Of a DNA stretch of 64,000 bases, positions 22,428 to 37,700 are shown in pieces. The DNA comes from Azolla caroliniana (lineage: Eukaryota; Plantae; Polypodiophyta). The notes beneath the pieces were generated by a model. It was not told where the DNA came from. It ran no database searches and saw only the letters and a program-made list of their open reading frames with translations. The translations under genes and the position numbers were made by a program. Within the stretch, counting starts at the first letter, position 1, and each line of letters starts with the position of its first letter. The stretch spans positions 18,600,001 through 18,664,000 of the forward strand of contig JBHGNT010000016.1 in NCBI GenBank assembly GCA_043228905.1, written 5' to 3'.

Positions 22428-24622
22428 GTAAGAAGGAGAAGGCTAGTTATATTTGGACCAAGTTGGAAAGGGGAAGCTTCATGCGGATGAAGCTTATGAA
22501 GCCGAATGAAGAATTGAAACAATGACAAGTTGGAATGACCCTATGGATGAGAAAACAAGTCTTGTGAAGACATATGTCAAAATTACGAAGTTATTGTTGA
22601 AGAGAAGAGGAAAAAACCAAATGAGCAAGTGGGCCCTTTGAAGAAGCATGATAAGAGAGAAGTTGTTCGAAGAACGAAAGAATTGTCATTGGCTTAGATG
22701 AAAAACCAAAAAGGGAAAGAAAGAATGGGCCTGGCATTCAAGCTTCGGTCAAAGATAGAACAAACCACCAACTTGAAGCGTGTGATGGAAGAAAGGATTT
22801 TGGATAGTCGAGTGGAATTCACATTAAGGGAAATTCTTAGTATTGTCAAAAAGGAGTTCCTTGATGTCATCATCAATGTAATGAAGAGGAAGAGGCAATC
22901 CACCAATGAAGACGGGCCAAAACATATAAATGTGTCATCGAGTGCTATCACAACTAAGGATCTAGAAATAGAAAAGGAATATCTTGATTGTCATTATACA
23001 AGGGCACACTAGCTTGCTAGAGGTACAATTGAAACCCCAGTTCAAATCAGAGATTTGAAGGAACTAATGGTGGTATTAATCAATCATGGCTTGGAAATCA
23101 ATCTTATGTCCCTTGAATTCTATCAAAAAGGACGATGACTGATCAACCTAAGCATGGATGGAAGAACTTCATAGATCTTGCCCTAATGTGAAAGTCAAGA
23201 TTGGTGATGCTGAAATAGACCAACACTTTTTTGTACAAGAATCGATGTCTCCCCCCGTCATCCTTGGAGAACCATATATCACAATAGCTCGGATGGAAAC
23301 AAAGGTGCTTGACAACAGTTTGGCATATGCTCGAGTTTGAAGTCAAGATGGATCGAGTTCGGTTCAATTTCTCATTGTGAGACTGAACCATGAGTGTAAT
23401 AGGGATAGACTTAGGAGTGAATCTAGGGAGGATTTTTAATTCAATCTATTAAGGAGAGGCACAACAATAGTTCGGGACATTTAGGTTTGTCCCTAAATCG
23501 ATGTAATAAAAGTTTTTATCTGATTAATAAAGGAAGATGTTGGTTTTATGAAATGGGATGTGCAAATTTGAAGATATTAAAAAAGAAAATGTAGAAGTAA
23601 GAAATTTAGAAAAACATCTAAAAGAAAATGGGGTTATGGAAAAAGAAAAAATAATAACTTGGGCCATGGAAGTAATTTTGTTCTATGACACTCTTGGGGA
23701 AATAGAGAGTGTCATTGAATCAAATCTTCCTAGAAATAAAATAATTTTGATCAACTCTATCTCTTTATACACTGCCATTGACGAATACGAGCAAAGTGTT
23801 GCAGCAGAAAAGGTCAAAGTGAATACAAAATATAAGATCCTTACATTAGAGGCATGATAGATCCTTACATTAGGGATCCAAGAGTAATAGGTCGCAACTT
23901 CATCAACGAAACACGAGGGAAACTCCAAGTTGGTGGGGGTGGGTTCCTACTTCTTGAAAACGGGTCAAAGTTTTGAGAAATGTTGGAAAGATGTGGGAAA
24001 GCTTTTGCCTTTTTTCCACAATAGGTAGGATGTGTGGACCCTACCCTTGTGGAACCAATAATCACATTTACAATACTCTATATGCCATGGAAAGCCAATT
24101 CTAGTTTTGAAGACACATATTCTGAAACTAATAGACCTATTGAAGGAGAAAGTTAAGATGGGAATCCCAAAACCATGCAATGCACCATACTAAAATAGCT
24201 GGTTCACAATATCGAAGAAGAATGGGACATTGTGATTCATTCAAGATCTTCAATCAATAAACAAAGTTATCATTCGTAATGTTGGGATCAGACCTAGTGT
24301 TGATAAATTTGCTAAAGCCTTTGCGGGAAAGTTGATTTACTCAATCGGAGACCTCTATTCTGGGTATGACCAATTCCAAATGTCTCTAGATAGTCCAGAT
24401 ATCACTACAATGTGAACTCCCATTGGATTAGTACAATTTGCACATTGCCAAAAGGGCCAACTAACTCGGTGGGTCACATCATGAATGTAATGAATAAAGT
24501 ATTGAGAGATTGCATCCCGGACATTACAATTCCTTTCCTTGACGATATTCCGATAAAAGGGTGCTCAGAGTTAGAGAGAGAAGAATCCTTAGATCAAGAT
24601 GAATGCATGCACTTTGTTTCAG
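22428..24622 (+). pseudogene. Non-chromovirus Ty3/Gypsy E: gag-protease-RT remnant
   Basis: Homologous to F/H/I: IDQHFFVQE, VILGEPY, GDLYSGYDQFQ, LPKGPTNSV, PFLDDIPIKG; many stops. Confidence 0.85.
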
Positions 24623-25490
24623 ATGTTATGTTTTTATGGTTTTTGGTTATTTCCATAAATGTCTCAAAATTTTGTCAAACCACCCCCATAGAGCTCATAA
24701 TTCTATTTCATTTCCTTACCTGATCAGATAAACTTTGCATGTATACGATGTGGAACAATTGTTGGTATTATTTTTTGGATCAAATAGTAGAATATACTTT
24801 ATTTCTTATATTTTGGTATGATTGTATAGTGATACAATTCATGTTCTTTGTATGGATATTAGATTATTATGTGATTTTATTCAATGACATGCAAACATTC
24901 TTACATAGACAAGATATTCACCATGTACATTAATAGTGTCTATACATGCTAATGGTGTTTCTATCAAGATCTTATCTTGTAATTAGCTCTTTGAAATCCT
25001 TGTATTGTGAATCATAACTTGGTATTGCCCATCTTAGGTTTTCTCCAAAGAAAGTGATACTATGTAATAGTTCAAACGGACTCAAATGGACTTCCTTCCT
25101 ATGAAAAAACACCATCGAGTATGCTTTGCATAACTTAGCCAATTTACTTTAGTTAAAGATATGAACATATTTAACCATTTCAATGCAAGAGATAAGACAT
25201 TAGCTTCCCAAATTCACATACATGTTAATAATGAATACACAATTTATCCCTAGGGATTATATATTCCACTCTTGATTCACAACTTTTCGTCCTAATCATT
25301 CTTCTATGTAATTCAAAACACTATCAAGCTTTAAAATTTGGCAAGAAAATTGTTTCTCGTTTGCAATTTTGTTAAACTCATAACACGAGTTGTCGACATA
25401 ATCTATGAGTTCATTTCTAAAGCATTGTTCGATAGAGATAGATGAGGATCTAATAACTTACTTGACTATTAGTTTCAAGTACAACACTAA

Positions 25491-26509
25491 ACTGGGCCGG
25501 ACTTTTCAACTGCAGCTAGACGGCCCCTTACGCAACAACTAGCGTACATTGGGCATCCCTGACGAGGTGCTCATTACCTTTTGGAAGGGTCTCTGGCGTC
25601 TCCACATGTCGGAAAAGATAAAGTTTTTTTGGTGGCAAATCGGTCATAATGTGGTTCCCGTTGGCGAATGGCTAGGTAAACGTGGTGGCCCATTAGGCTG
25701 CCCACTTTGCCATTCACTTATTGAGACTTTGAGGCATTGTCTGTGGGATTGCCCTCAAGCTCAAAAGGTATGGGGATAGAGTGACTCACCTCCTTGCGGC
25801 ATGTGAAGTGGAAGGAGCAACATTGTGGAGTGTTGCGACATGGCTTGATCACTTCGTTGATAGGTGGACGAACGCCCTCAATGTGGATAGTTGGTGCTAG
25901 GTATGCATGAGAGGCAAAATCGCCAAGATTTGATTTGAGAGAGGCTTGCAGTCTGCATCCCCTAGGTTCCCGGACATTTGGATGCTGATCACAGGCTTCA
26001 CCCCGTGGTATGTATGGAAAGCGTGTTGCCTAAAGGTCTTTCAGGATCTAGTGCGCCCCCCCGAAGGAAGTGATAATGGACATATGGTTTGTGTTGATCA
26101 ACTGCTTACGAGGGCAATTGGACAAGGTTTGCAGCCATTCCAATGACGTGGTTACTGCTCGTTTGTGCTTTTGGCAGAAATGGCGAAACACGCCTATGGT
26201 GGCACAAGGAGGAAGTGGCCCGAGGTGGAACTACCAGCCCCCATGCTAGCTGTTGCCGGCTCACTTACCACCCTCCCTTCGATGTCAACCCTAGGAGGTG
26301 TCTCGTACTAGCCATCACTGAAGGGCACCGTTTTTAGCTATAGGTACTTACATTAAGTAGTCAGTCCGAAAGGCGATGTAACTAGTCTCATTTTCTTGAA
26401 CCTGATTGGAGGGAGATTCCCCGTTCTATGTATAAGCCTCCTTTTACAGTCTCTTTGTAATAATCCTTCCTAACTAATGGGAAAGTAGCTTCATTTTGGA
26501 AAAAAAAAA
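25491..26509 (+). mobile_element. L1-type LINE 3' fragment (zf-RVT) with poly(A)
   Basis: KIKFFWWQ..CPLC..ETLRHCLWDCPQAQKVW; A10 tail at ~26500. Confidence 0.8.
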
Positions 26510-28379
26510 CCCACATTTCTTGCATTTTCCTAGAACATGTGATAAGCTAGTTTTTTTTCTCCACAAGGTTAATATATGTATCATTTTCATATTTATGTCG
26601 AAATGTTGGTGAGTTTTACTTTAAATTTTTAATATTTTCATTCATTGAACTTAGTATTTTTTGGATTTTATCAATCCTTAAAACAAATTCTAGAACCTCG
26701 ACAATATTTAGAAATGGTTCGTTGGTTGGAACTTCAATTCTTTAAAGAAATAATAATACTGAATATAAAGAAACTAAGATTTCTCGTGGCAATCATACAC
26801 AAATCAAGGCAATAAAATGCAAATCATGCAAAGAAATTTGATTAAACTTTGAATGTGCTTTTATAAGACAATTTTTTGTAAAATTTCCATTGTGAATATA
26901 TTGAAAGGTTTTGAGTAAGTTGGACATTGTCATTTTGAACTACATATTGATATGTGAGCTCATTTTTTATTTTATTATGAAAGTATATTGAATATTAATA
27001 TGACAAAACGAATTAGAATGTTAACTCTTGCCCTTGCCGCTAATTGCTAGCTTGTCCTCAACTCTCCGCTTTATTGTATGTTGTGAATCATACTAATGAT
27101 GAGCAATGTAACAAGAGATTAAGGAAAAGAATGGGTTTAAGGCGTTTAACCACACCAACTACCCCTAAGTGAAGGACATCAAACAAACATAAAATACCAT
27201 CGATGTCCTGTACAACTAAATATTACCTTATGTTATAGCTTAGTAGTTGAATAATGAATCTAAAGAAGATAGTGTAGCCTCACCAATAGAGTCTCAACAA
27301 CATCTTAGGATGTGACATGTCTATAAGGAAGGGGTTAGCTTAGTTCCCGTTATATAGCCCCACACCTAAGGCCTCCAAACTATTACATCGTACACATCCT
27401 TATGGCTTCATTCCATGTCTAGGATATTTGGTTTCCCACTTATCTTGCCATTAAACCATTAAAAGTAGCTTTAGAATTGCTCCTTGAGGTCATGCTATAA
27501 TACATATGGTAGCTATTGTTAAGTACAACTCCAACTCATTAACCTCTTAATAATCACCCATATTAATCATAATTCCATTCAACCATAGTTTAAATTAATT
27601 ATGAATGTTACAACATAAACTCTAAATAAATTTAGAAGGTTTTGTTAAAATAGTTATGCAAATTTTCTTAAGAACTATGGACATTTTCATTCTAAGGTTT
27701 GCATATGTAAGTACCCCTCATTTGTAATTCATCAAAAACATTCACAAATAAGAGATAATCAGTCACATGGAGTTTGTTTTTTAGAAAACATTGTTCGTTG
27801 ACATTGATCGATGTGAAAGGAAAGAGTAGTTCGTGCAATCAATTGCTTCCTAATACACTTATCAATGTCCAAGATGTCTCTCTCCTCCCTATTGCAAAAC
27901 ACCATAATCTATAATGATCTAAAAAGTAGAAGCATGTCAATCAAGTTTTATTCCCTACAAAGAGTGTACAAAGTACATATTGAAAGTAAGGAAATTGCAT
28001 CAAAATCGCTTCCCCAAGGCCAAATTTGGGAAATTGGGGGCTTATTGTAGAAAATTCAAAAATTCAAATTTTTTTCATCCAACAAGGTAAAGACATCTAG
28101 AAGTGGTTTTCAATGTGGCATGTTGAAGCATATTTGGATGTTGCATATAATAAAAAACAAAGGAACATGAGAACATGAGTTCTTGTTTTACTTGGCCATA
28201 TTGGAAGACCTCCTCATGAGTTCTTGTTTTAAAATTGCATTAAAATTAAATACTTGGAAAACTATTCAAGTGGTTGGCGTATGCTGAAGCTCAAATCCAG
28301 GTGTCCACGTTGAAGTGAGTGAGGTATGTTGTTCACTATTATTGGTTAGCTAGGCATTGAGCAAAGAAAGAGAATTTGT

Positions 28380-28900
28380 GATATACGCTTCCCTCAATGT
28401 ACTAGAGAAAATGTGTGACTTTTGAAGGCCTTGCATATGAGAATATGAGGCATGATTTCCAAGAATTCCTTTGAGGTTGTACTGGCTTTCAATAACTCCT
28501 AAAAATGACAGAACCGTTGCCTTTGACACTAAGAATACTTTTTGCTCATTTACTCTACACAAAACCAAACTCATGGATGATACCATATTGATGAGAAAAA
28601 TAGCTTAGTTTTCCAAGAATTTTTATCTAGCTTTTGATGATTTTTTTATTATGTTCTACCATTTAAAATCCCCACATACATTTTTTGGGACAATGCTTGA
28701 TAATGTGTGTTACTCATGTGCAGAGGTGCCTCATGTTTCTCTCCTCAATAGAAGTTGATATATCATCTCTCTCCTTAATGTCACTCTCTCATGTAGGTTA
28801 TTAAATCATAATCATGATCATCTCTGACGGAATTTTGTTAGAGGTCCAATCATTATCGAAAGAACCCCACTTGCCCAAAAAATAAATTTATATACAAATT
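28380..28900 (-). pseudogene. Possible very old hAT transposase fossil
   Basis: Frameshifted pieces FWASGVLSIMIGPLTK, LHERV..EMI, APLHM, TFSLVH*GKR occur in the order of the hAT motifs FW..PL.K, LYE.M..E.I, PLH, WSTF..IH.K.R. Confidence 0.25.
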
Positions 28901-29356
28901 TTATCAATGTAATGATGACTATTTGGCAAACACAAACAAATGTGAGACATTGAGCATCTAATCATGTATTGAAATAATTTGGGAACGATGAGATCGCCCT
29001 CATTTGATGGATAATATATGGATCCCACTACATGAACCTTATTTGGATAGTGTCCAATTGGTTGGCCATATATGGATCCCACTACATGCACTCGAAGAAA
29101 AAATTCCATACTTGGCTTGGTAAAATTTGGAATTCCGAAAAACTTAGATAATCACAAACTAACACGGCCTTTTTATAACCTTTATAGTATAAGTGGAGAG
29201 AAGGTGATGGAGTATCTACGAGATGCTTTTATGCATGATTTCCTTATAAATTTAATGTATGTAAAGATTTATAATTATAAATTTGTGCTCATTAAAATGT
29301 TTAAAATGATCCTACATCTTATTAGTAAGATCATTGAAGAGTTCTCTTTTTTGAGA

Positions 29357-29850
29357 ATCTTAAATAAAAGATAAATGCACACATATATATCGAGATCTAT
29401 ATGAGACTCTATTGGTCATAGAAAAAATTACAAGGGGACAAGTTCGATGGTCAATTGTATATGGTTTATGTATATATAGATTATCTATAAAGAGAAAACA
29501 TACATTATACATAAACACATAGGTATATTGCGCACTCACACACAACTTTGTTGGTGAGGTTCTTTGTGCATTCAACTTGTACATTCCGTAGTGTTATTTT
29601 GTTATCTTAAATAAAAGATAAATGCACACATATATATCGAGATCTATATGAGACTCTATTGGTCATAGAAAAAATTACAAGGGGACAAGTTCGATGGTCA
29701 ATTGTATATGGTTTATGTATATATAGATTATCTATAAAGAGAAAACATACATTATACATAAACACATAGGTATATTGCGCACTCACACACAACTTTGTTG
29801 GTGAGGTTCTTTGTGCATTCAACTTGTACATTCCGTAGTGTTATTTTGTT
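29357..29850. repeat. Perfect 247-bp tandem duplication
   Basis: 29357-29603 = 29604-29850; identical 74-aa ORFs in the track. Confidence 0.95.
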
Positions 29851-30646
29851 TGTGCATTTAGCCCTTACATGATGCAGTGTTGTCATTAGTACAAAATAGT
29901 GAGCTTTGAACTCTAGTAGGTTAATCAATTTAGTTATCACTAGGATATAGCCTGATTGAGAAACAGATTATTATATTACATGTTAGAGAAAGTAAAATAA
30001 AATTACATATGGAAATATGATGATGATGTATTATCAAAGGACCACCAAGATGATAGTATGTTTCAAAGCTGGAAAGGAATTAAAAGACCGAATTCTCCTC
30101 ATATGTGTAGAAAGAGGGAAACTGTGTTGCTTGTTTCTAGTTTGCAAGTGATTCCTAGAGCACAAGGTTTCCTCTTACTAACTCTTGAATGTTGTTAGTG
30201 GTTGATGAACTCTCTAATGGTGTCAGTGGGAACCATGCCCTTACATAGAGATACACAACATATTCAAGAGGAAAATGTACCTCCTACTCAAAATCTCATG
30301 GCTCAAACGTGCACATGGAATCAATTTGATATAGAGACAATGTAACTTCTCGAAATTATCACATTGAAAACGATCTCTTTCCTCTCAATAAATATGGAGA
30401 CAAGGTAACTTCTCGAAATTCTCACTTCACCCACTTGAGACAAACAAGAACACACACACACACACACCCCCTCTCTCTCAAGTGTATTTTTGTATTAAAA
30501 CAATCAGACGGATACAAACCCCCATTGTTACCCTTACTACACTAATGAGGGTCTTATTTCAAGGTAAAAAAACTAATATATACAATGATAAGTGGTAGAA
30601 AGGCAATTGCTCTTGGGACAAGATGTTCTTAGATCTTAATTGCAAA

Positions 30647-31393
30647 TCTTGGACTAAAAAGTTTTACTCCACCCAATTGTATTCGTAGTGTGAACACTCT
30701 GATAGTTAGGGCTTAGTTACCCTAATTATAAAAGAGAGAAATTGTCTCTTGTAAATAAGTTTGACGGGATTTATAATAATATTTGTAAAAGAAATCATCT
30801 TCATCAAAACTCATAATATTGATCTGACAAATGTTCAATATGAAGATGAAGGAGTCGAAGCCAACAACCTCTCACATCAACACCTTTAACAGGGTGTCAG
30901 CGGAACTCTCCTCCCAAGGGTTGAAATTTGAAGAAGAAATCAAAGCCCTTGCGCTTCTCTCAAGGCTACTAACGAGTTGGGAAGTATTCTGCACCACATT
31001 CACGAATAGCTCCCTGAAGTTGACGTTGGACGAAGCTATTGGAATGATATTATCTGAAGACATCCAACGAAGATCAATGGGACAGTGCAAAAGCCCGCTT
31101 TCGACTAATACGGCTCAGAGAACCAACCGAAGCTAGAGCTGGCCAAGGAGGACGAATGACTGACAATGGCCGAAGTCACGCATTGGCAAGCCGAGCGCCT
31201 TCTACACACATTGTAGAAAAGCTTGCCATAACATTGCTGACTGCTGGTCAGTCAAGAAGGAAATGAACGCAAATTCAATCAGAATTCAAGATCGTTTGAT
31301 TCAAATCACTCCCAAATCAACAACCAAGTCAACGTTGCCAAATCTCGATCGGGAGAAGTCCTCTCGCTAGAGGGATTGATGGCCGAAAGATCC
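30647..31393 (+). mobile_element. Copia fragment (partial LTR and gag), same family as 21639-22427 and G
   Basis: LTR-like TTGTATTCGTAGTGTGAACACTC..TAGTTAGGGCTT; gag FNMKMKE..TTSHINTFNRV..KALALL. Confidence 0.8.
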
Positions 31394-31705
31394 TCGTTGA
31401 GTGATCAAGCTCAACATGGGCCGGATCGGCTGAATAAGCCGGAAGCCAGATCGGAGAACCGGATCGGTGAGTAGATCCGTGCAGAGTCGGCAGGCCGTTA
31501 GATGCCTACGATCCTAGATTACTAGGAAGTTATATTCCTAGGAATTAGTGTTAGTATCTCAGTTATGAGCATTGAAGTACTTTTCAGTACTTCTAGCTAT
31601 CCTTTATGGACTTGTATAAAAGTGCTCACTAATCACAGTTGTATGTACAGAGTGTTATTTTGAAATCAAGATTTTTGTATTTTGCTCTCTTTGTCTCTCC
31701 CGCGT
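31394..31705 (+). mobile_element. LTR fragment related to the C3 LTR
   Basis: Begins (C)GTTGAGTGATCAAGCTCAAC, like TGTTGAGATATCAAGCTCAAC. Confidence 0.5.
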
Positions 31706-34700
31706 TGTCGTGAAGGATTCTGGCCATAAGAGGAAAGGGGAGACAGATGTGCATGAATAAGGGTGTGCAAAGGGGCACATGAATGAGGCCTTATGTAAAT
31801 ATTATAAGACTAATAAGTACTAGGAAATATGATGTGGATGGGTACTTGAATACCCCACAAAACGAGAGAAACAAAACGTGTGTAAGATATGATCTGAGAA
31901 AATCGAGGGGAATTCTTTGACAGAAAACGACTATCTTTAACAGTTAATGTAACACCGATCCCTTCTCCTTGAACCTATAAAAGGGGAGGGGAGAAACCGT
32001 TGTCGTGAGGATTCACGGCCACAGTGCAAAAACCAGGATTGTTGGTGACGTTGGCGGAGTGCACCGTGTGCACTCACTCTTGTAAAAGATGTACAAAGAT
32101 AGAGGGCGCCCTTAAGGCGCCGAATACGAATAGAATAATATTGGGAGTATTTATCCCACATTGTAACGTCCTTCCCTACTTGGACTATAAAAGGAATGGA
32201 GGGTCCCTTATAAAGGGGTTGCCCATTTTTTAGTTAGGAGGGTATACCAATTAGGTCCAGGGTATGGTGGCTTTTCTCTTCTTTCTTTCTTTCTTTCTTA
32301 CTTACTTTCTTTAGGGTTTCAACTAGGTCTTCTTCTTCGTCATCACGTGGGTTGAATCTTCGTGTCTGTTTAGGGTTTAGTCCGGTTATGAGCACGCATG
32401 TCCTAAGGGGTTTTCGCTCTCGCTCTGTCTCTTGTGCAAGACCCTGCTCATCGCGACGAGCTTGAGAGCTCCTAGATCGGCGGCTTGGCAACAAACCCTT
32501 GTTGTAACCTAATCTGCCTCAGTCTGGCTCGAAGCCAGAGTTGTATTTTGTTGTCTTGTACGAATATATGTATAAACTTCTGTGTGTGTTTTCTGAGCAA
32601 AGCGTTGGTGTTCTGTTCAGCATGTGTTAGGTGTTTTTGAGTGTCGGGTCTCAGAGCGCTATCCTGGGCCCCTCTTTGTCTGCCTTCGGTTCAGTGTGTC
32701 GGGGTTTTGCTCTTCCCAGTGTATATGTGTGTGTGTGTGCGTGCGTGCATGTGAGCACGGTGAACCGGACCGTAGTCCGCGTACTTATTATTATGCGTAT
32801 AAATATATATACTTAATTTTATCGGGCCTTCCATAAATACGGCTATGAAGGACCAACGGGTGCGTGTACACGCGTGCTCTCCCTCTACGCGTCCTAATTG
32901 TATTCCGGGATGCGTCTGGATCGGTTGTCTCCAGGTCGCATTCGGAACCGCTCTAGCTGGTGTCTCGACGACATATCCGACTCTGGAGAACTCGACCTTC
33001 CGGAAACCCATCTCTCCCCGGTCCAAGACCCTAGTGATCCTGCCCAGATCTGACACGTACCGGCGGATTTCCGTGACAACGTTCATGGGTTTCTTGTTGT
33101 GATGTTGTGAGGCCTCTCTTTCGCGATGGAAGCCTGTGTGCTCCCGATCCGAGGCTCACTAGATTCTCTGCGCGTGTGTGTGTACAGCGTGAAGCTTTGT
33201 TGCCAGACGAGCCCGGTTGTACTTATACTATTATAAGTTAATAAACTATTTGTTGTTTTCGGAGTTTCCTAGGTCTTTCGGATTTTTCCTATATTCTCGT
33301 CTTTGCTCCTTCTCATTTGTGTGTGCATACCTGAGTGCACTAACCCTTGGGCTCATTGTGCGTTATCCGATGGCAGTTCTAGAATAGTGTATGTGTCCGA
33401 GCCCTTCCGCTCATCATCTGGCATACGAAGACTGGGCCGCGCTCTGGCGAAGTTATCTGGAAATGATCCGGATAATCTCTCTCACACTTCTCTTACTAGC
33501 TCCTTAGTCTGACACCGCGGTGGTCCTGCCCCGTTTCAACACATACTCGCGGATACTCGTGACATCTTTGGTGAAGCCAACGTGAAAGGGGCGGCAAAGG
33601 AGTCCAAAATGAGGGGAAGCGAACTTGCGGAGGCAATGGCGGTGGTTGTCAACCGCCTAGTGAATGCGTGGGAAAGCACAGGTGGCCTCGAAAGGACCAT
33701 AGAAACGATAGTTGGCATGGTAGGAAAACTTAATGGGAAAGATGTGACAAGTTATCTGGAGGCCTATAAGGCTGAAATGCTGATGCGGGACATCCTGGAG
33801 GATAGATGGCTGTCCGGATCCCTGTGGGTCGTCACACCAAGCATGCATGCGAAAATGCTCGAGGTTCAAGCTGACTCTCAGAACTAGTCGGAGTTCGAGG
33901 ATGGCTCCTCGAGAGGTACAGCTTCGATGACTCGCTTTGGTTGTCGAAGAGGGAGTTCATGGAGTGCGTCAAGAGGCCCGAAAAAGGGATGAATACGTCG
34001 GTGCTCCTCTAGGAGTTTGAAAAAAGATTCGCTTGACTCTCAGTGTTAGACCAGACCGTGCTCGATATGAGCAAGGCCCTATTATTTATCAAGTTAGTCG
34101 ATCCACTTGAGTGACAAAAGGTTGGTCTCCTCTTGGAGACGGATGAAGGGCTCATGGCCGATTGGGCCATGGTCAAAAGGTTTGTAGCTGTTTCGACAAA
34201 CGGTGCGAATGGAACGACGCAGGGTCGTCGACGACCGGCTCGATTGTCGGGAAGAGGTCGAGAGAGATTACGACTCGGTCAGAAGAGACAAGAAGGTGGC
34301 CCGAGTCGGGCATGGTTCCGACCAATGTGGTCGAGGGACCATCCAGGGGCATGACTCTAGAAGAGGTGAGGAAGATGGTGCATGATCTCTAGATTGCGCA
34401 GGCTCAAAGGGAAGGGGGTGGTCAATCGGGCGATCGAGGTGCATGTGGTACAACGTTGTTGGCCACATCTGGAGAGTGCGTCAACTTCGCCGAAGCACTT
34501 AAGAACAATGTTGTATACCTATGGAATGGTTGGGTACACACGAGAGAGACCCAGAGGCCCCTAGAAATAAACACCGTCCAAGGCGGGATGAAAGGGATGA
34601 TGGAGGAGGTTGCAGCGAAACAGGTTGAGACCGTTCACTACTCGGCGTCGGGAGGGATCCAGGTAGGCGGAGAGAAGGGCATTGGCTCTAGAACTGACAC

Positions 34701-37700
34701 CGGATTTTGGCCGATGGTGCTTGAAGGCTTCACCGGGAAGAAGCTAAAGAAGGAGGAGGCGGACCTCATGGAGAGGTGGGTATGGGAGGTCACCAGATGG
34801 GACGATCCGGTAGAAGAGAAAACCGGCTCCGTGAAGGCCACGTGCTAGAAGTACAAGGTTCTAGTGGAGGACAAACAACTCGGAAAGGCTGGAGGGACCA
34901 ATCTTTTGAACCGGTACGACACTTGAAGCAGCCCAAGGAAGTCTGATGTCGATTCGGCTAACCGACAGGAGAAAGAGAAGATGAAGTTCCTGAGCTTCTG
35001 GCTGAGCTTGGAGATTGAGAAGACAACATACCTACAGAAGGTCTTAGAGGAGCGGATCTTTGAAAGCCAGGTGGAACTCTCGTTAAGGGAAGTGTTGGGC
35101 ATCGGCAAGAAGGAGTTCCACGATTCGATCATAGACCTGGTAAAGAGGAAGTGGCTCTCGACAAAGCCAGAGGTAGAGAATTCGGTCGAGGTAAAGGCGA
35201 CCCATATCGATGAGGTGGTGGTAGAGGACGAATTTGCTGACAACCGGCCTGCATTGGGTGAGGGCTATGATGGAGATACCGGTCCGGATCGGTGACGTGA
35301 TGGAGCCAATAGTAGCCTTGATCGACCATGGATCGGAGATAAACCTAATGTCCATGGACTTTTATAAAAAGGGCAAATGGCCGATCAACATGAAGCACAG
35401 ATGGAAGATATGTGTGGTGACCTGCGCTATAGAAGAGCTTCATGGAGCATGCTCGAGCGTCCAGGTGAAGGTCGGTGATTTCGAGATTGACCAACATTTC
35501 TTCGTGCAGGAGACGTCCTCGTGTCCGGTCATACTCGGTGAAGCTTACATCACGGCGGCTCATATGGAGAGCAAAGTGTTGGACAACAGTTTCGTCTATG
35601 CATAGGTGAAGAGCCAAGACGGTCGACACTGTATCCAGTTTTTGATTGTTCGGCCGAACCACGAGCGGAATCGGGACTCCCTCGGCATCGAGTGCCGAGA
35701 GGATTTTTAGAGAGGGCTATCAAGGTGTGGGGCCGCGATAGTCCGGACAGCCACCAGAAACCCCAGACTTATATTTTAGATAGGACTTTTTGGGTCTCCA
35801 GTAATGGAGGGTGTACCATAACTGACATCGGTGGCCAGGAGAAAAGACAGGTCAAAGGGCGCTTGAAGGCATGCGGAGCCTTGGGCCCTGACAACGAGAT
35901 CATTGGCATCGTGGAGGCGATCTCATTTGACAACACCCTCGAGAAGATAGGGAGGGTGATCAAAGGAGGCATGAGTGGAGTCCGGACGGTACTGGTCAAT
36001 ACCGTTGGGATGTACGAGGTCATCACGGACTTCAGAAGGATGGTTGAGTTGGGTCGAACTACTTGAGTTGACAAGAAATACAAGACTGTGGACCGGACGG
36101 TGATGCCAATCACAACACCCTTACCAGAGGAGAGCTAGGAGTGAATGACGGGGGTCGCGACCGACCCGAGTCTAGAAGATCCGTCCGACATAGGGCACCG
36201 GTTCACCGATGAGACATTGTGGAAGCTAAAGATCGGTGGGGGTGGCTTTTTACTACCAGTAGAGGAAGAAGAATTTCGGAGAATGCTCGAAAGGCATGGG
36301 AAAGCCTTCGAATTCTCGTTGGGGGAGATTGGGTGTGTTGAAACAACCATCGTCGAATTGATGGTGATATTCACGATACCACATGTACCATGGAGCTTGA
36401 AGCCAATTCTAGTTCGAAGAGCTCACATCCTGAAGCTGATGGAGCTACTCAAGGAGAAAATCGATATGGGGATCCTCGAACCGTCGAGTGCCCCTTATTC
36501 GAATTGGTGGTTCACAGTACCGAAGAAGAATGGCACCTTGCGCTTCATTCAAGACCTACAACCGGTCAACAAGGTGACCATTCGAAATGCAGGAGTCAGT
36601 TGGACAACTGATGAGTTTGTAGAGGCCTTCGCCGGAAGGTCTATCTACTTAGTTGGAGACTTGTACTCCGAGTATGATCAGTTCCAACTAGCTATCGAAA
36701 GCAGGGACATCGCAACGATGTAGACCCCTCTTGGCTTAGTTCGGATGTGTACCCTACCTCAAGGAGGCACGAATTTGGTGGCACACATGGTAAACAAGAT
36801 GAATAAGGTGCTGAGGGATTGTATCCCGGATATCACCATGGCATTCTTGGACAACATCCCGATAAAGGGGTGTTTGGAGGAAACGGAGGACGAATCAGTC
36901 GGGGAGGACCGATGTCGAAAATTCACAGCTGACCACATCGCCGACCACATCGCGACTTGCCTTCTTGGGAGAGAAATCGTCTTTTCGGCAGTCGGAGGTC
37001 ATGGTGTTCGGGTACCTATGCGGACCGTATGGTTGGAAACCGTCTCTAACAAAGGTAGAAGCCATTTCGGCCATGAAGGACGAATGCAGGTGACCTCTGA
37101 GGTTCAGCTATTCTTAGGGGCCTGTGCCTTCTACCACATCTGGATCCCACACTATGTGCATATTTTTGAGCTACTTTACGGCTTGCCAAAGAAGGGGCAG
37201 ATATTTGAGTGGCGAGAAGAGCACTTAGAGGCGGTTCGAAGACTAAAGGGAATGCTAACGGCATCACCGACTCTTCAGAAAGCCGTGTACACAAAGGAAT
37301 CTTCAATTTTCATCACGGTCGACACGAGCCCGACCGGAGTCGGAGGGTAATCAACCAGGAGGATGAAGGCGGAACAAGATTCGCCATCCGGTTCAGAGTG
37401 AATGTACTTAGTGAGCGGCAGTGAGGATATGCCCAAGTCAAGCGAGAACTTTGGGGTATTGTTTCGGCAGTCAAGAACAACAAAGATTAATTAATCGGGG
37501 TATAAGTGATAATCGAGATGGACTGCCTCTCGATTCTCGGGATGGTGTCTGGATGCACGGCTCTAGACCAGACAATGCTCAAGTGGATGGCATACATTAA
37601 GTCCCTTAATTCGGAGATATGGCACATCTCTGGAAAGGATAATGCCATGGTTGACATGCTATCGAGGTCGCAGTACAAAAACGAAGACGACATGGTATTG

